A stretch of 64,000 bases of DNA from an uncultured Chloroflexia bacterium (GTDB lineage Bacteria > Chloroflexota > Anaerolineae > JAAYZQ01), in assembly GCA_963700285.1 (NCBI GenBank), contig CAVOXA010000010.1, positions 704,001 to 768,000 of the forward strand, given 5' to 3'. The notes under the pieces are model-generated. The model saw nothing but the letters and a program-made list of their open reading frames with translations. It was not told the DNA's origin and did not search any database. Each line of letters begins with the position of its first letter. Within the stretch, counting starts at the first letter, position 1. Below, one piece after another: positions 39,491 to 49,246 of this stretch. The position numbers and the translations under genes were made by a program.

Positions 39491-42400
39491 GTGGCAGTTC
39501 TTCCTCGTACCGGCAGGGTATCTGGCTGTCGCTGCATTGGTTTACCGCAGGCTACTGCTTGCACCAGGATATGTGGGCTTTCGCCACGACTGGGGGCCGC
39601 TGCCTTTTCTGGCTGAACAGTACAACCAGCTTCCAGTCAAGGACCTTTATATTTGGGTACGGACATACACCGCCTTGGGGCAACCTTCGCTTTTTCCCAC
39701 CGAGTACCCTGAGAGAATCCTGCTCAGTTTCCTGGGGTCGTGGGTGGGAGGGGAAGTGATAACCAAGGGATACCTAATAGGGACCGCTGTCTTGGCGGGC
39801 TCGCTGCTCTACGGCCTGTGTCGTCATCTGAGACTGTCAAGGTCGACAGCGTTTGTAGCCGGTCTCTTTTATATGTTGACGCCCTATGTGTTCGATTCGG
39901 CTGTGGCTGGCCATACGCCGCTCATGCTGGGCTACAGCTTGTTGCCCCTGGTACTGCTCAGCTACATGAAGCTGACAGAGTCTGAACGGCTGAATTGGCC
40001 ACTCATCGGTGCCACCAGCCTTCTCATTGTGCTGGCGAGTACGGCGATTCAATTCCTTGTGCTCTCCTTCGCAACCTGCTTTCTGTACTGCCTCTTTGCA
40101 CCTGGCCTCCGCAAGTTCTGGCACTCATTCAAAGTCCTTCTCATCCTGCTCAGCCTGGTCCTGCTGATGGAGTCGACTTCACTCGCCGGCGTTGGGTTCC
40201 AACTCCAGAATGCCCTGTCCATGGCGGGCGGTGGTGGAGAGGCAAGCACTGGCTTCCTGCGATTTGCCAGCGTCCCCCTGGTGCGAAGGTTCGCCCTGAC
40301 GGGTCTATGGACTTCGGCAGACTATTTCCTTGATGCCCTGCCTGGGGGGCTCGTGCCCGCGGATTGGGGCGTTGCTCTCCTCTATTTGTCGCCTTTGCTG
40401 GCGTTCACAGCCCTGGTCCTGCGCCCGAGAGATCGGGTGGTTCTGTTCTTTGGTGCCCTGACCTTGCTCAGCCTGTTCCTGAGTAAGGGCGTCGCCCCGC
40501 CATTTGGGGAGTTCTTTCTATGGATCTACCAGCGTTTCCCGCCGATCAGGATGTTCCGACACGTTTCTCGTATTCTGCCGCCGGCTGCACTGGGCCTGGC
40601 CATGTTGCTTGGCTTTGGCCTTGATGCGCTGCGAGAGCGGCTCAAGTGGCGCGACCAGAAGGTGAGCGTTGCCTTTTCCGGCCTGGCCATTGCCGTTGTC
40701 GTACTCGGGCTGCAGCCCTGGTTCATAGGGGGAGACCTATCCGGGCAGTTGCAGCAGGTGAAACCTGTCGCTGAGTATCAGGTGGCATATCGAAGCCTGG
40801 CGCGGGAGGCCGGCGATTTCCGCATTCTGTGGGTGCCGATGTCCCAGCCCTTTTCCTATGCGTACAGCGAGTTTGCGGGCATGGACCCATTAATACTTTA
40901 TCCTCCCAAACCGACCGTCGGCAACGTAACTCAGGGCAAGCTTCCCTCGTTTCTTGACTATGGCATGCGACTGGCGCGTACTGACATTAAAAGGCTTCTG
41001 GATCTGGCAAACATCGGGTACGTGATCTATCGGGATGACTACCGGTCGAAACTCACCGAGTTCACCACCGTTGGCTACGACCCATCGGTGTCAAAGGCGC
41101 TGTGGACGAACTGGAGACTGATGCAAGTTCTGGGGGACGATGAGGAACTGAAACTGGTACACAGCCTGGGACCCCTACAGGTCTATGAGAACCAGCACTT
41201 TCTGCCGCACATCTTTGCATCAGGCAACATGGCTCTCGTCTCTGGCGGAGCTCTGACGCTGCTAACAGACAAGGCCAATGTCCTGGAGGGCGATCTCGGA
41301 AGAGGCGGAGACGTAGTGTTCGCGCCCCAACTCAGTTCTGCGGACAGCCCCTACACGGACCGGATCGAATCTGTCGTGGTTGTGGACGGCGAGTACCTCG
41401 ACCTTCAGTCCGCCTTTGTTCCGGACCAGTACAGGCTTGATCCCGCCGCCGTCACGAAGGAAGTGCAAGACGCCAACGAGGGGTGGGTGGACATCGATCG
41501 CGACTGGGGCTCCTGGTGGTACTACAACGTCAACTATCTGGCGGCTCCCGAAAGCGCAGCACTCAGCAAGACTGCGGCCACCCTGCCTATGTCCTTTTCC
41601 CTTGAAGAGCCAGGGGACTATGAGGTCTGGGCCAAGGTATACAAGGGGACAAAAGGTTCAGGCCTGGTATTTGAGCTTGATGGGGAACGTCTTGGCCAGG
41701 TAGAGACCAAGAGTCCTATCGACGAGGGCTTTCGTTGGATCCACCTGGGCTCAGTTGACCTTTTGCCCGGATCACACCAGCTCGAGGTTGTCAGCCACGG
41801 CGGTGAGAATGTTTTGGCCAGAGCACTGGTGGTGCCGGCCGCCGAGTGGCAGGCGGCCTCGGCCAAGGCTCAGTCGCTGCTCGATACCAAAGAGCTGATT
41901 CTAATCCATCGCCCGCAGGGACAGAGCGATGATGGACTCAATCCTGGTAGGGTAGAGATAAACCAGCCGGGTCCTTACCTGATACCAAGAACTGCTGGCT
42001 ACGAGATCAAGGTCGGATTCGTCGACGTGCCAGGAGTCCGGGAAAAGATGCCGCCATCGATCACACTGCGGGTGGATGGCGAACGATTGATTGCTCACCA
42101 GCAGCCAGGGCAACCGGCTCAAGAGGTCGACTGGTATGCAGTCCCCAACGTCACGCTCAGCGCTGGCGAGCACGCGATTGAGGTGGTAGCACCCCCGGAG
42201 GGACCCTATCCTTCTGTGATCAAGATGGCCACCCATTCTGAGTTGGCAGAACAGGAGGCTGTGTCCCCCGGCCTCGTGCATGAGGAGGTCAATCCAACTC
42301 GCTATCGCGTCCAGGTCACCGACGCACGAGCGCCCTATCATCTGGTGTTCAGCGAGTCCTTCGCCCCAGGGTGGGAGGCGTATGTGCGAGAGTCGCCCGA

Positions 42401-42674
42401 GGACACTCGGGATGAATTTGCATGGTCGGCGCTCCTCAGCCAACTGTGGCGCCACTGGAAAGGCGTGCGCAGGAGCAAGCTGGACGACCACCTGCAGGTG
42501 AATGGCTACGCCAACGGGTGGTACGTTGACCGAGAGGGAAGCTACACCATCGATGTGGAGTACCGTTTTCAGCCTGCCTACGAGATCGCGCTGTTGGTCA
42601 CCGGCGCGACGCTGGCAGTCTGTGCCATACTCGCGCTCGGAGTTGTGACCAGAAGGCTGGCACGGAGCACTTGA
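39471..42674 (+). CDS. Large GT-C-like membrane protein (AftD/YfhO-like) with extracytoplasmic carbohydrate-binding-like domains
   Basis: Many N-terminal TMs (AGLFYMLTP, LSKG..PPFG, MFR); C-terminal LVFSESFAPGW and VNGYANGW with a final TM. Confidence 0.75.
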   Translation: MKKLRARWQFFLVPAGYLAVAALVYRRLLLAPGYVGFRHDWGPLPFLAEQYNQLPVKDLYIWVRTYTALGQPSLFPTEYPERILLSFLGSWVGGEVITKGYLIGTAVLAGSLLYGLCRHLRLSRSTAFVAGLFYMLTPYVFDSAVAGHTPLMLGYSLLPLVLLSYMKLTESERLNWPLIGATSLLIVLASTAIQFLVLSFATCFLYCLFAPGLRKFWHSFKVLLILLSLVLLMESTSLAGVGFQLQNALSMAGGGGEASTGFLRFASVPLVRRFALTGLWTSADYFLDALPGGLVPADWGVALLYLSPLLAFTALVLRPRDRVVLFFGALTLLSLFLSKGVAPPFGEFFLWIYQRFPPIRMFRHVSRILPPAALGLAMLLGFGLDALRERLKWRDQKVSVAFSGLAIAVVVLGLQPWFIGGDLSGQLQQVKPVAEYQVAYRSLAREAGDFRILWVPMSQPFSYAYSEFAGMDPLILYPPKPTVGNVTQGKLPSFLDYGMRLARTDIKRLLDLANIGYVIYRDDYRSKLTEFTTVGYDPSVSKALWTNWRLMQVLGDDEELKLVHSLGPLQVYENQHFLPHIFASGNMALVSGGALTLLTDKANVLEGDLGRGGDVVFAPQLSSADSPYTDRIESVVVVDGEYLDLQSAFVPDQYRLDPAAVTKEVQDANEGWVDIDRDWGSWWYYNVNYLAAPESAALSKTAATLPMSFSLEEPGDYEVWAKVYKGTKGSGLVFELDGERLGQVETKSPIDEGFRWIHLGSVDLLPGSHQLEVVSHGGENVLARALVVPAAEWQAASAKAQSLLDTKELILIHRPQGQSDDGLNPGRVEINQPGPYLIPRTAGYEIKVGFVDVPGVREKMPPSITLRVDGERLIAHQQPGQPAQEVDWYAVPNVTLSAGEHAIEVVAPPEGPYPSVIKMATHSELAEQEAVSPGLVHEEVNPTRYRVQVTDARAPYHLVFSESFAPGWEAYVRESPEDTRDEFAWSALLSQLWRHWKGVRRSKLDDHLQVNGYANGWYVDREGSYTIDVEYRFQPAYEIALLVTGATLAVCAILALGVVTRRLARST

Positions 42675-42735
42675 GGCCGGTCGGGCGTGTCAGTCCGCCT
42701 GACCACTAGCAAAACCAGAAACCGGATACCAGGTC

Positions 42736-44034
42736 GTGGAATCTCAAACGAACAGACGCTTCTACATCGTCACAGGATTGGCAGGTCTACTGCTGCGGCT
42801 GGTGGTTATGCCGTTCGCACTGCACGTCGACCCCAACTTTGGCGGCGATCTGCTTACCCTGAACTGGGAAGCCCATTCGCTGCTACAGGATCCACGTTTT
42901 GGGACCCCCTATCCTCCCCTGGCGCTGTATACCATCGGCGCTTTCCAGACCCTCTGGCGATTGCCGTTGTCCCTGCCCGTGCCGGTTGAGCCTACGCTGG
43001 ATGTCCAGACTTTCCTGGCGCCCCACTTTTTCTACCAGCTCTTTGCTACCAAGGCTCTGTATCTGCTGTTCGATCTGCTATGCCTGCTCTTCCTCGTGCG
43101 GCTCTACCGAGACAACCCGCGGCAGCATCGTATGGTCTGGCTGTTCTGGGTCTTTAACCCATTGGTGATCTATGATGCCTACGTGCACGGGCAGTATGAT
43201 CTGATCCCTGTGTTCTTTGTGATACTGGGCCTGTACGCCGCCAACCTGGACAAGCCCCGCTGGGCGGCACTGGCGCTGGGGATTGGAGCCTGCTATAAGG
43301 TTTTCCCGCTGTTCTTCCTGCTGCCCCTGGTCATCGTCTGCGCCAAGTCCTGGCGCGACAGGCTGGTGTTGCTGCTCCTTGGCGCTGCGCCATATCTCCT
43401 TCTTTCGATCCCCTTCCTGGCACAATGGAGCGGCAGTCTGGGCAGCTACCCGGATTGGTACCTCAGGGGCAGCTACGATCTGGGCTTCGGTTCGGAGGTC
43501 TATATCTTCCTGGTCTTTTATGGCGCTCTGCTGTGGTATCTCTACGACTGCCGGGCCAGCACCTTCCAGGACCTGTGGCGCGCCTCCTTTGCCGTGCTGC
43601 TGGTCTACTACCAGTTCAGCTACTTTGACCTGCACTATTGGGTCTGGATTGTGCCCTTTGCGGCCATCTATTGGGCTGAGCACCGGTCCCAGGCCCGACC
43701 CTTTTACATCGTCGTTCTGCTCTGCCTGCTTGTGCTCACTGCGCCCACACCGCTGGCGCGCTTCCTGGCTCCCATCAGCCCCCGGTTCTTCCTGCGCCTT
43801 CCCAGCCTGATGGAAGCGCTCAATCCCTACCTGCCGGTGCTGCTGATCACCAATATCGTGCGCAGCGTCCTGGCGGGCACCTGCTTCTATCTCGCCTGGC
43901 GGCTGCCGCGCGATGTGCCGGCCTCGCGCAACCGGGCAAGCCTGGCGACACCCTCCGCGGCGACAGGGCCTGTCGAACCCGGGCCTGGCCCGACAGGGCC
44001 TGTCGAACCCGGGCCTGGTCCGACAGGGGGGTGA
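42736..44034 (+). CDS. GT-C (GT87/PIG-M-like) membrane glycosyltransferase
   Basis: PYPPLA, FNPLVI, HGQYDLIP, ACYKVFP; polytopic. Confidence 0.75.
   Translation: MESQTNRRFYIVTGLAGLLLRLVVMPFALHVDPNFGGDLLTLNWEAHSLLQDPRFGTPYPPLALYTIGAFQTLWRLPLSLPVPVEPTLDVQTFLAPHFFYQLFATKALYLLFDLLCLLFLVRLYRDNPRQHRMVWLFWVFNPLVIYDAYVHGQYDLIPVFFVILGLYAANLDKPRWAALALGIGACYKVFPLFFLLPLVIVCAKSWRDRLVLLLLGAAPYLLLSIPFLAQWSGSLGSYPDWYLRGSYDLGFGSEVYIFLVFYGALLWYLYDCRASTFQDLWRASFAVLLVYYQFSYFDLHYWVWIVPFAAIYWAEHRSQARPFYIVVLLCLLVLTAPTPLARFLAPISPRFFLRLPSLMEALNPYLPVLLITNIVRSVLAGTCFYLAWRLPRDVPASRNRASLATPSAATGPVEPGPGPTGPVEPGPGPTGG
43961..44027. repeat. 30-bp tandem repeat (2 copies plus a partial) with internal palindrome CGACAGG-G-CCTGTCG
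   Basis: CGACAGGGCCTGTCGAACCCGGGCCTGG(C/T)C x2 + CGACAGG; encodes TGPVEPGPGP x2. Confidence 0.9.
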
Positions 44035-44035
44035 A

Positions 44036-44758
44036 ATGGCTGGGACTTTTGCAAGGTCTGTGCTCTTGACCCTGATCGTGGCCCTGCTTGCGGGCTGTAC
44101 CATCGGCGGCGTGGACGTCGAGCAGGAGCAGGCTTCTGGCCTGGCAGGCGAGCTCCTGGACGGCCATAGCCTGGGCCAAACATTGACACTGGAGTTCGAC
44201 GGCCTGTACCGGATCGACCTGTATACGGCTACCTACGCCCGGGAGAACACGCACCCTATCATCTTTCGGCTTAGGACGGTGTCGGGCATAGATAAAGACC
44301 TCGTACGAGTGGAGCTGCCGGCGGCGCAGATCAGTAACAGCGGCCCGACGGCCATTGTCTTTCCGCCGCTGGCCGGCACCGCCGGCCAGACGCTCTATTT
44401 CTCTCTCGAATCGCCGGGCGCGGTACCTGGCGACGCTGTCACAGTCTACCGCCACGAGGAGAACATCTACGCAGGCGGGGAGATGCACGTCGACGGCCGG
44501 CCGGCCGGGGGCGACCTGGCCTTCATCGCCTACACCCAGGAACGCTTTTCCCTGGCCGAGATCTGGCGCGACTTTTATACCCGCGCCCGTCGGGACGGGG
44601 CCCTCTCTGTCCTCTATTGTTCCTTTTTGGCCTTGCTCCTGGTAGCACTGGCCGTCGTCCCCGCCTGGCCCCGGCAAAAGCCAGCGGCAGATGAGGGAGG
44701 AGAGGCGAAAGATAACCCACCTGCGAGGACCAATCCGGTCCCAAAGGAAGACAGATGA
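44036..44758 (+). CDS. Putative lipoprotein with a C-terminal TM segment
   Basis: Signal peptide ending LLAG-C; beta-rich domain; C-terminal hydrophobic helix. Confidence 0.65.
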   Translation: MAGTFARSVLLTLIVALLAGCTIGGVDVEQEQASGLAGELLDGHSLGQTLTLEFDGLYRIDLYTATYARENTHPIIFRLRTVSGIDKDLVRVELPAAQISNSGPTAIVFPPLAGTAGQTLYFSLESPGAVPGDAVTVYRHEENIYAGGEMHVDGRPAGGDLAFIAYTQERFSLAEIWRDFYTRARRDGALSVLYCSFLALLLVALAVVPAWPRQKPAADEGGEAKDNPPARTNPVPKEDR

Positions 44759-45996
44759 CCGAGCAAGAATCGATTACACAACCTACACCACGAACCACGC
44801 ACCACGCACCGCGCATCACGCGTCCCCAACACCGCCGCCTCTTCCTGTTCCTCACCCTCCTGTTGCTTGCGATTCTCCTGCAGGTCATCGTCCTCGGCTG
44901 GCGGGCCGAGACCGTCTTTTTCGTTACCTGGCTCCTGGCGGCACTCACCGTGCAGCACGACGGCCGCCTGTCGGCTGGTGTGGGCCTGGGATTTCTGGCC
45001 ACGGTCCCCCTGCTCTTGCTTGCGGACCAGAAGGGCGCTGCCGAGCAGACGGCTATCTATGCCTTCTATTTCCTGGCCATCGGCGTCGTGGTCCAGATCG
45101 AGGAGGTGGTTCTGGCGCGCTTTGGCTGGCTGGACCGCAAGCTGGACCTCGCCTACCTTTGGCGGCCTGTGGATCAAGCCTTGCAGCGTGCCTGGTCAGC
45201 CGCGATAGGCGCCGTGGGACGCCTTCAAGCTGCCGCCGATAGAAGGGAGTTGGTGCGCTTGGTCCAGATCCTGGGCGCAGCCGGGCTGGCCACCGTGTTC
45301 CTCTGGGCGGTGCTCAGCGGTGCGCCGGCCTCGGTGGTGGCGCCTTTGCTGGGCGGGGCCATCCTGTTTCCCTTCTTGGTGTGGGGCGTGTGGCTGATCC
45401 TGCGGGCAATGGGGCCGGCCTGGGTGCTGCGGGTGCTGCTGGCGCTGGCGCTCCTGGTCGTGATGACGTTCACATTGGCCTGGCTCTATGATCTGGGCAC
45501 GGCCGACCGGCTGGCGCGCATGGAGACCGCCTACGATTTTGTGGAGAATCTGGACAGGGCCCAACATGCCTCGCCCCCCGCGGAGGGCGAGGCCATCGAG
45601 GCCCGGGCATGGGCCGTCGAGGGAGAGGCGCGCCGGGTCCTGTACCAGCACCCGGCTTTCGCCGGTAGCAGCCGGGTAGCCTATACGGTCCCCATCGGCG
45701 AAGGGTACCTCCTGGCCTTTGAGCTGAGCACCAACCCCGATAGTTGGCTGCTGCCGGGCGACGGCGTCACCTTTACCGTGTATGTCGAGTCGGACCAAGG
45801 CACGGACCAGGTCTTTTCCACCTACATCAACCCCAAGGAGGAGGAGGCCGATCGGCGCTGGCATCCCGCGGCCATCGACCTGGGCGCCTATGCCGGCCAG
45901 ACGGTCACAATCATCTTTGAGACGGGTACGGGCCCGGCAGGGGACTATCGCTACGACTGGGCCGGCTGGGGTACGCCCCGGTTGCTGGAGCCGTAG
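44755..45996 (+). CDS. Membrane protein with a C-terminal beta-sandwich (NPCBM-like) domain
   Basis: N-terminal TMs; GDGVTF...WHPAAIDLGAYAGQ...DWAGWG. Confidence 0.7.
   Translation: MTEQESITQPTPRTTHHAPRITRPQHRRLFLFLTLLLLAILLQVIVLGWRAETVFFVTWLLAALTVQHDGRLSAGVGLGFLATVPLLLLADQKGAAEQTAIYAFYFLAIGVVVQIEEVVLARFGWLDRKLDLAYLWRPVDQALQRAWSAAIGAVGRLQAAADRRELVRLVQILGAAGLATVFLWAVLSGAPASVVAPLLGGAILFPFLVWGVWLILRAMGPAWVLRVLLALALLVVMTFTLAWLYDLGTADRLARMETAYDFVENLDRAQHASPPAEGEAIEARAWAVEGEARRVLYQHPAFAGSSRVAYTVPIGEGYLLAFELSTNPDSWLLPGDGVTFTVYVESDQGTDQVFSTYINPKEEEADRRWHPAAIDLGAYAGQTVTIIFETGTGPAGDYRYDWAGWGTPRLLEP
44789..44823. repeat. Degenerate heptamer tandem repeat (CACGCAC-like x5)
   Basis: CACGAAC CACGCAC CACGCAC CGCGCAT CACGCGT. 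Confidence 0.7.
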
Positions 45997-46123
45997 GAGT
46001 CTGCGGCGCCATAGCATGGGTGCCACAAATTGGGCCAAGGCCCAGTATGCGCCTTGGAGGAGCAAGATGGGGTCCTTTTGTGCCAAAAGGTAGGGTTAGG
46101 GCAAACGCATTTATCTTTTAACC

Positions 46124-46650
46124 GTAACTACTCAGGCTATGTGCGCCTGAGAGATTTGTAACTGAACTCTGAAGAAAATCAAACGGAAAACTAACACTTT
46201 CATGGTATTTTGTGTCTATTATGACGCCACCATCGGATTTAGATAGGAACCAGCTTGCAGAGTTAGACAAAGAAACCCTGATCGCCATCATCCAGGCATT
46301 GCAGCAGCAGGTGCGCGTCCTGGAAAAACAGGTGGCTGAGCAAGCGGTCATGATCCAATCCTTGCAGGACCAACTGGCCAAGAATAGCCGGAACAGCGGC
46401 AAGCCACCGAGTAGCGATGGCTTGAAGAAACCGCGCACACAGAGTCTGCGTCAGAAGACAGGTCGTCGTAGCGGCGGCCAAGAAGGCCATAAGGGACATA
46501 CCCTCAAGCAGGTTGAGGAACCGGATCATGTCCAGGTTCACGAAATTGCTACTGGACATCAAGGCTGAGGTGGAAGAAGCGGGTCCCCACCAAATGTCTC
46601 TGTCCCCAGAACGGATCACTCCAAACGGCGCTACGATGAACTGATTGCCT
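46124..46650 (+). mobile_element. IS66-family transposase remnant with left end and an internal deletion
   Basis: Starts GTAACTACTCAG; ORF 46221-46568 has KNSRNSGKPPSSDG...GGQEGHKGHTL, then jumps to a later LLDIKAEVE...RYDELI fragment. Confidence 0.8.
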
Positions 46651-46653
46651 CCG

Positions 46654-47053
46654 CTATACGAGGCGCTTCGACACGCCATTGGGGCGCGGCGCGAGTTCTT
46701 CAACCATGTGCGCGCCCTGACCTGCTACCTCTATTTTCCGAGTTGGGACGACATGCTGGACTCTATGGACATCAAGCAGGAAGTAGGGCCTGTCTGATCT
46801 AGCTCTACGTCGCCATTGCTTAGCCCCGTCGGTGTTGCTCCTGACGTAGGCCACGACTTGAGGGCCGTTACCCCTTGCCTACAGAACTCCCATTACCTCG
46901 TTCATTGTCGATGCTCGGCTTTCTCGCTCCCTTAGGTCACTTTCATCGTTCCGCTTTGCCAGCTTGCAGCAAAATGATCTGCCGTTGCGAGTGCGCGGAC
47001 GACGCCTCTGTTCGACCGGGGAACTCTCCGCTCCTCATAATCAGAATTGCTGG
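46654..47053 (+). mobile_element. C-terminal remnant of a second transposase (ISNCY-like) with a probable right end
   Basis: 46654-46797 encodes LYEALRHAIGARREFFNHVRALTCYLYFPSWDDML; AGAATTGCTG at ~47043-47052 resembles the terminus of such elements (recalled, not verified). Confidence 0.5.
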
Positions 47054-47070
47054 GTTCAAGTGACTCTGCT

Positions 47071-47099
47071 TTGCAGGAAAAGGGATTCTCAGGTATAAT
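47071..47099 (+). promoter_or_regulatory. Probable sigma70 promoter
   Basis: TTGCAG-17 nt-TATAAT. Confidence 0.5.
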
Positions 47100-47267
47100 T
47101 GGCGCAGGGTACCTCGTTTGTGGTTCCAACATCTGCATGTCCTTGGATGCTGAGGCATGTCTTCAGCGCTGCGAAAGGGCCACGCTACGAGCCTGTATTG
47201 CGGACCGATGGACCTGTGGCATAGCCTAGTTCTCAGCCCCATGCAGCTTTAGAACATAAGGAGGAGT

Positions 47268-47795
47268 GTGATGAATCAAGAAGGTGATATCGCCAGCCAG
47301 GGTGGTCAAACCGTTGCCGAAGTGGATCGCATTCGGGACATTATCTTTGGCCCGCAGATGCGCAATTACGAGCAACAGTTCAAGCGGTTGGCGGCTCAAG
47401 TTGATCGGCTGGGCAAGCAATTGGAGGACCTGAGTGCTGCTCTTGAACAGCAAAAAGAGGACCAGGAAGCGCGCACACGCCGGGCTGAGGAGGATCTGCG
47501 CCAGAGCCAGGCCGAGTTGGAGCGTGCCCTATCAACGCGACACGAGCAACTGGAGGCCAGCCTGGACCAACAGGTAACGGGGCTCAAAGGCGATAACCGC
47601 AAACTGGTTGCGGATATGAAAAAGCAGGCTAAGGATCTGCAAGGCGAGTTCTCTCAGGCCGTGGCCGCTTTGGAGGATGACAAGGCCAACCGGCATGACC
47701 TGAGCGATCTCCTGATCGAAATGGGTACCCGCCTTAAACAGCAAGTTGGCATCGCCGACCTCTTGGGGCAGTTGGAGGACGTGGCCAAAGACTAG
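47268..47795 (+). CDS. Coiled-coil hypothetical protein
   Basis: AAGGAGGAG SD; VDRIRDIIFG followed by heptad-rich E/Q/L/K sequence. Confidence 0.8.
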   Translation: MMNQEGDIASQGGQTVAEVDRIRDIIFGPQMRNYEQQFKRLAAQVDRLGKQLEDLSAALEQQKEDQEARTRRAEEDLRQSQAELERALSTRHEQLEASLDQQVTGLKGDNRKLVADMKKQAKDLQGEFSQAVAALEDDKANRHDLSDLLIEMGTRLKQQVGIADLLGQLEDVAKD

Positions 47796-47805
47796 AGCCA
47801 ATCGT

Positions 47806-49095
47806 ATGAAGAAATTTGTGTTTCCCGACACGACCGTATTCCTCTATTTCCAATCCCTGGACCAGTTCGACCTGGCTGCGGCTCTCGAGTGCGATGCCGT
47901 GGAACTGGTTGTTGCGCCAGCCGTGATTGAGGACCTCGAACGGCAGGGCTGGGATCATCCCCGATTAAGTACACGCAAGCGTTCTGAGAACAGTCTGCGA
48001 ACGATCCGCACCTGGACGGAGATGAATGACGGGCTCGTCCGCCCTGGCGTGGAAGTAACACTCTGCTACAGCCCGAAGCAAACTACGTTCCAGGAGTATC
48101 GGTTGGATGCCCACAATCGGGACGATGTCATCATTGCCAGCGTCCTTGAATACAGCCAGATCCATAGTACTGACACCGTTCTACTCTTGACCGATGACGT
48201 GCGTCGCCGGTTAAAGGCCCATCGGCTCAACCTTCAGAGCATCAGCCTGCCGCCGGGTACCCGGCTTCCACCAGCCGAGGGAGCGTCGCAGGCTGCTGGA
48301 ACGGAATCTCTATGGGAACCTTCCCGACAACAACGCCGCGCACCACAGGTTGAGCTACGCTTCGACAGCGGTTCGCACCTGTTAGAAGTCCGGCCAAAAG
48401 ATAAAGTGTTCGACAGCGCTGACATGGTAGCCGCCCAGTTGGCTGAACTGAAAGATCAATTCCAGGAACCACTACGGTTGAGAGAGAGCAAGACAATGCC
48501 TGGGATAGATGACAGAGAAGCCGCATCCATGCTGACCAACGCGATCCTCTATCCCCAGGAAGAGTTCGAGAGATACCGGCAGGAGGTTCAGATATTCCTT
48601 GGAACTTGTGAGGAGTGGCTACAACATAGGTCGGAGGCGTTGAGCCCCACGCGTCGCAGCGTCAAGCTTGAGTTTGGACTGGTGAATTCGGGGGCTGCCG
48701 CTGCAGAAGGAGTGGTCCTTACCCTGTCCCTACCCAAAAGGCTGCGATGGCTTGAAGGTGTCGGTGACAAAGTGCCGCAACCACCAAAGCCGCCACGAAC
48801 ACACATGGAGATGATGAACGAGGCCATTTCGGATCTCTACAAAACGACGGTATTGCCTTGGTCGGCTGGTTTTGAATCCGTTGATGTTTCCAAGGCGGAT
48901 AGCTGGTTGGTAGAGGGGCGGGAGCTTCGAGGGCTGGTTGATGTCTGCCTGCCACACCGTACTGTGGGGCTGCCGCCCGCCTACGCCGCATTTGTCGATA
49001 CCGAAGCCATCTCAACCTTTGCCATCTCTTACGTCATCAACGAGAGAAACACGCCCGAGCCCATTGACGGTAAGCTCTTGGTTCGCGTCCTCTAG
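47806..49095 (+). CDS. PIN-domain protein with a C-terminal Ig-like domain
   Basis: FPDTTVFL, VIEDLE, RDDVII and LLTDD..RRLKA supply the PIN acidic residues. Confidence 0.75.
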   Translation: MKKFVFPDTTVFLYFQSLDQFDLAAALECDAVELVVAPAVIEDLERQGWDHPRLSTRKRSENSLRTIRTWTEMNDGLVRPGVEVTLCYSPKQTTFQEYRLDAHNRDDVIIASVLEYSQIHSTDTVLLLTDDVRRRLKAHRLNLQSISLPPGTRLPPAEGASQAAGTESLWEPSRQQRRAPQVELRFDSGSHLLEVRPKDKVFDSADMVAAQLAELKDQFQEPLRLRESKTMPGIDDREAASMLTNAILYPQEEFERYRQEVQIFLGTCEEWLQHRSEALSPTRRSVKLEFGLVNSGAAAAEGVVLTLSLPKRLRWLEGVGDKVPQPPKPPRTHMEMMNEAISDLYKTTVLPWSAGFESVDVSKADSWLVEGRELRGLVDVCLPHRTVGLPPAYAAFVDTEAISTFAISYVINERNTPEPIDGKLLVRVL

Positions 49096-49246
49096 GCCCC
49101 AAAGGCAGCACGCCCTGGCCGCGCCAGAGCCCCCCACAATGACCGCCGGTCTCTAGATCTTGCCGGCACTTCGTTGCAGTTTCCGGCCAATTGAGGTATA
49201 CTAGGGTCTGGCCCCAAAACGTATATTACCAATGGAGGTATGACAC

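Noticed and set aside
43961-44027. CRISPR array
   Set aside because: The repeats are directly adjacent with no spacers, lie in frame inside a CDS, and no cas genes are present.
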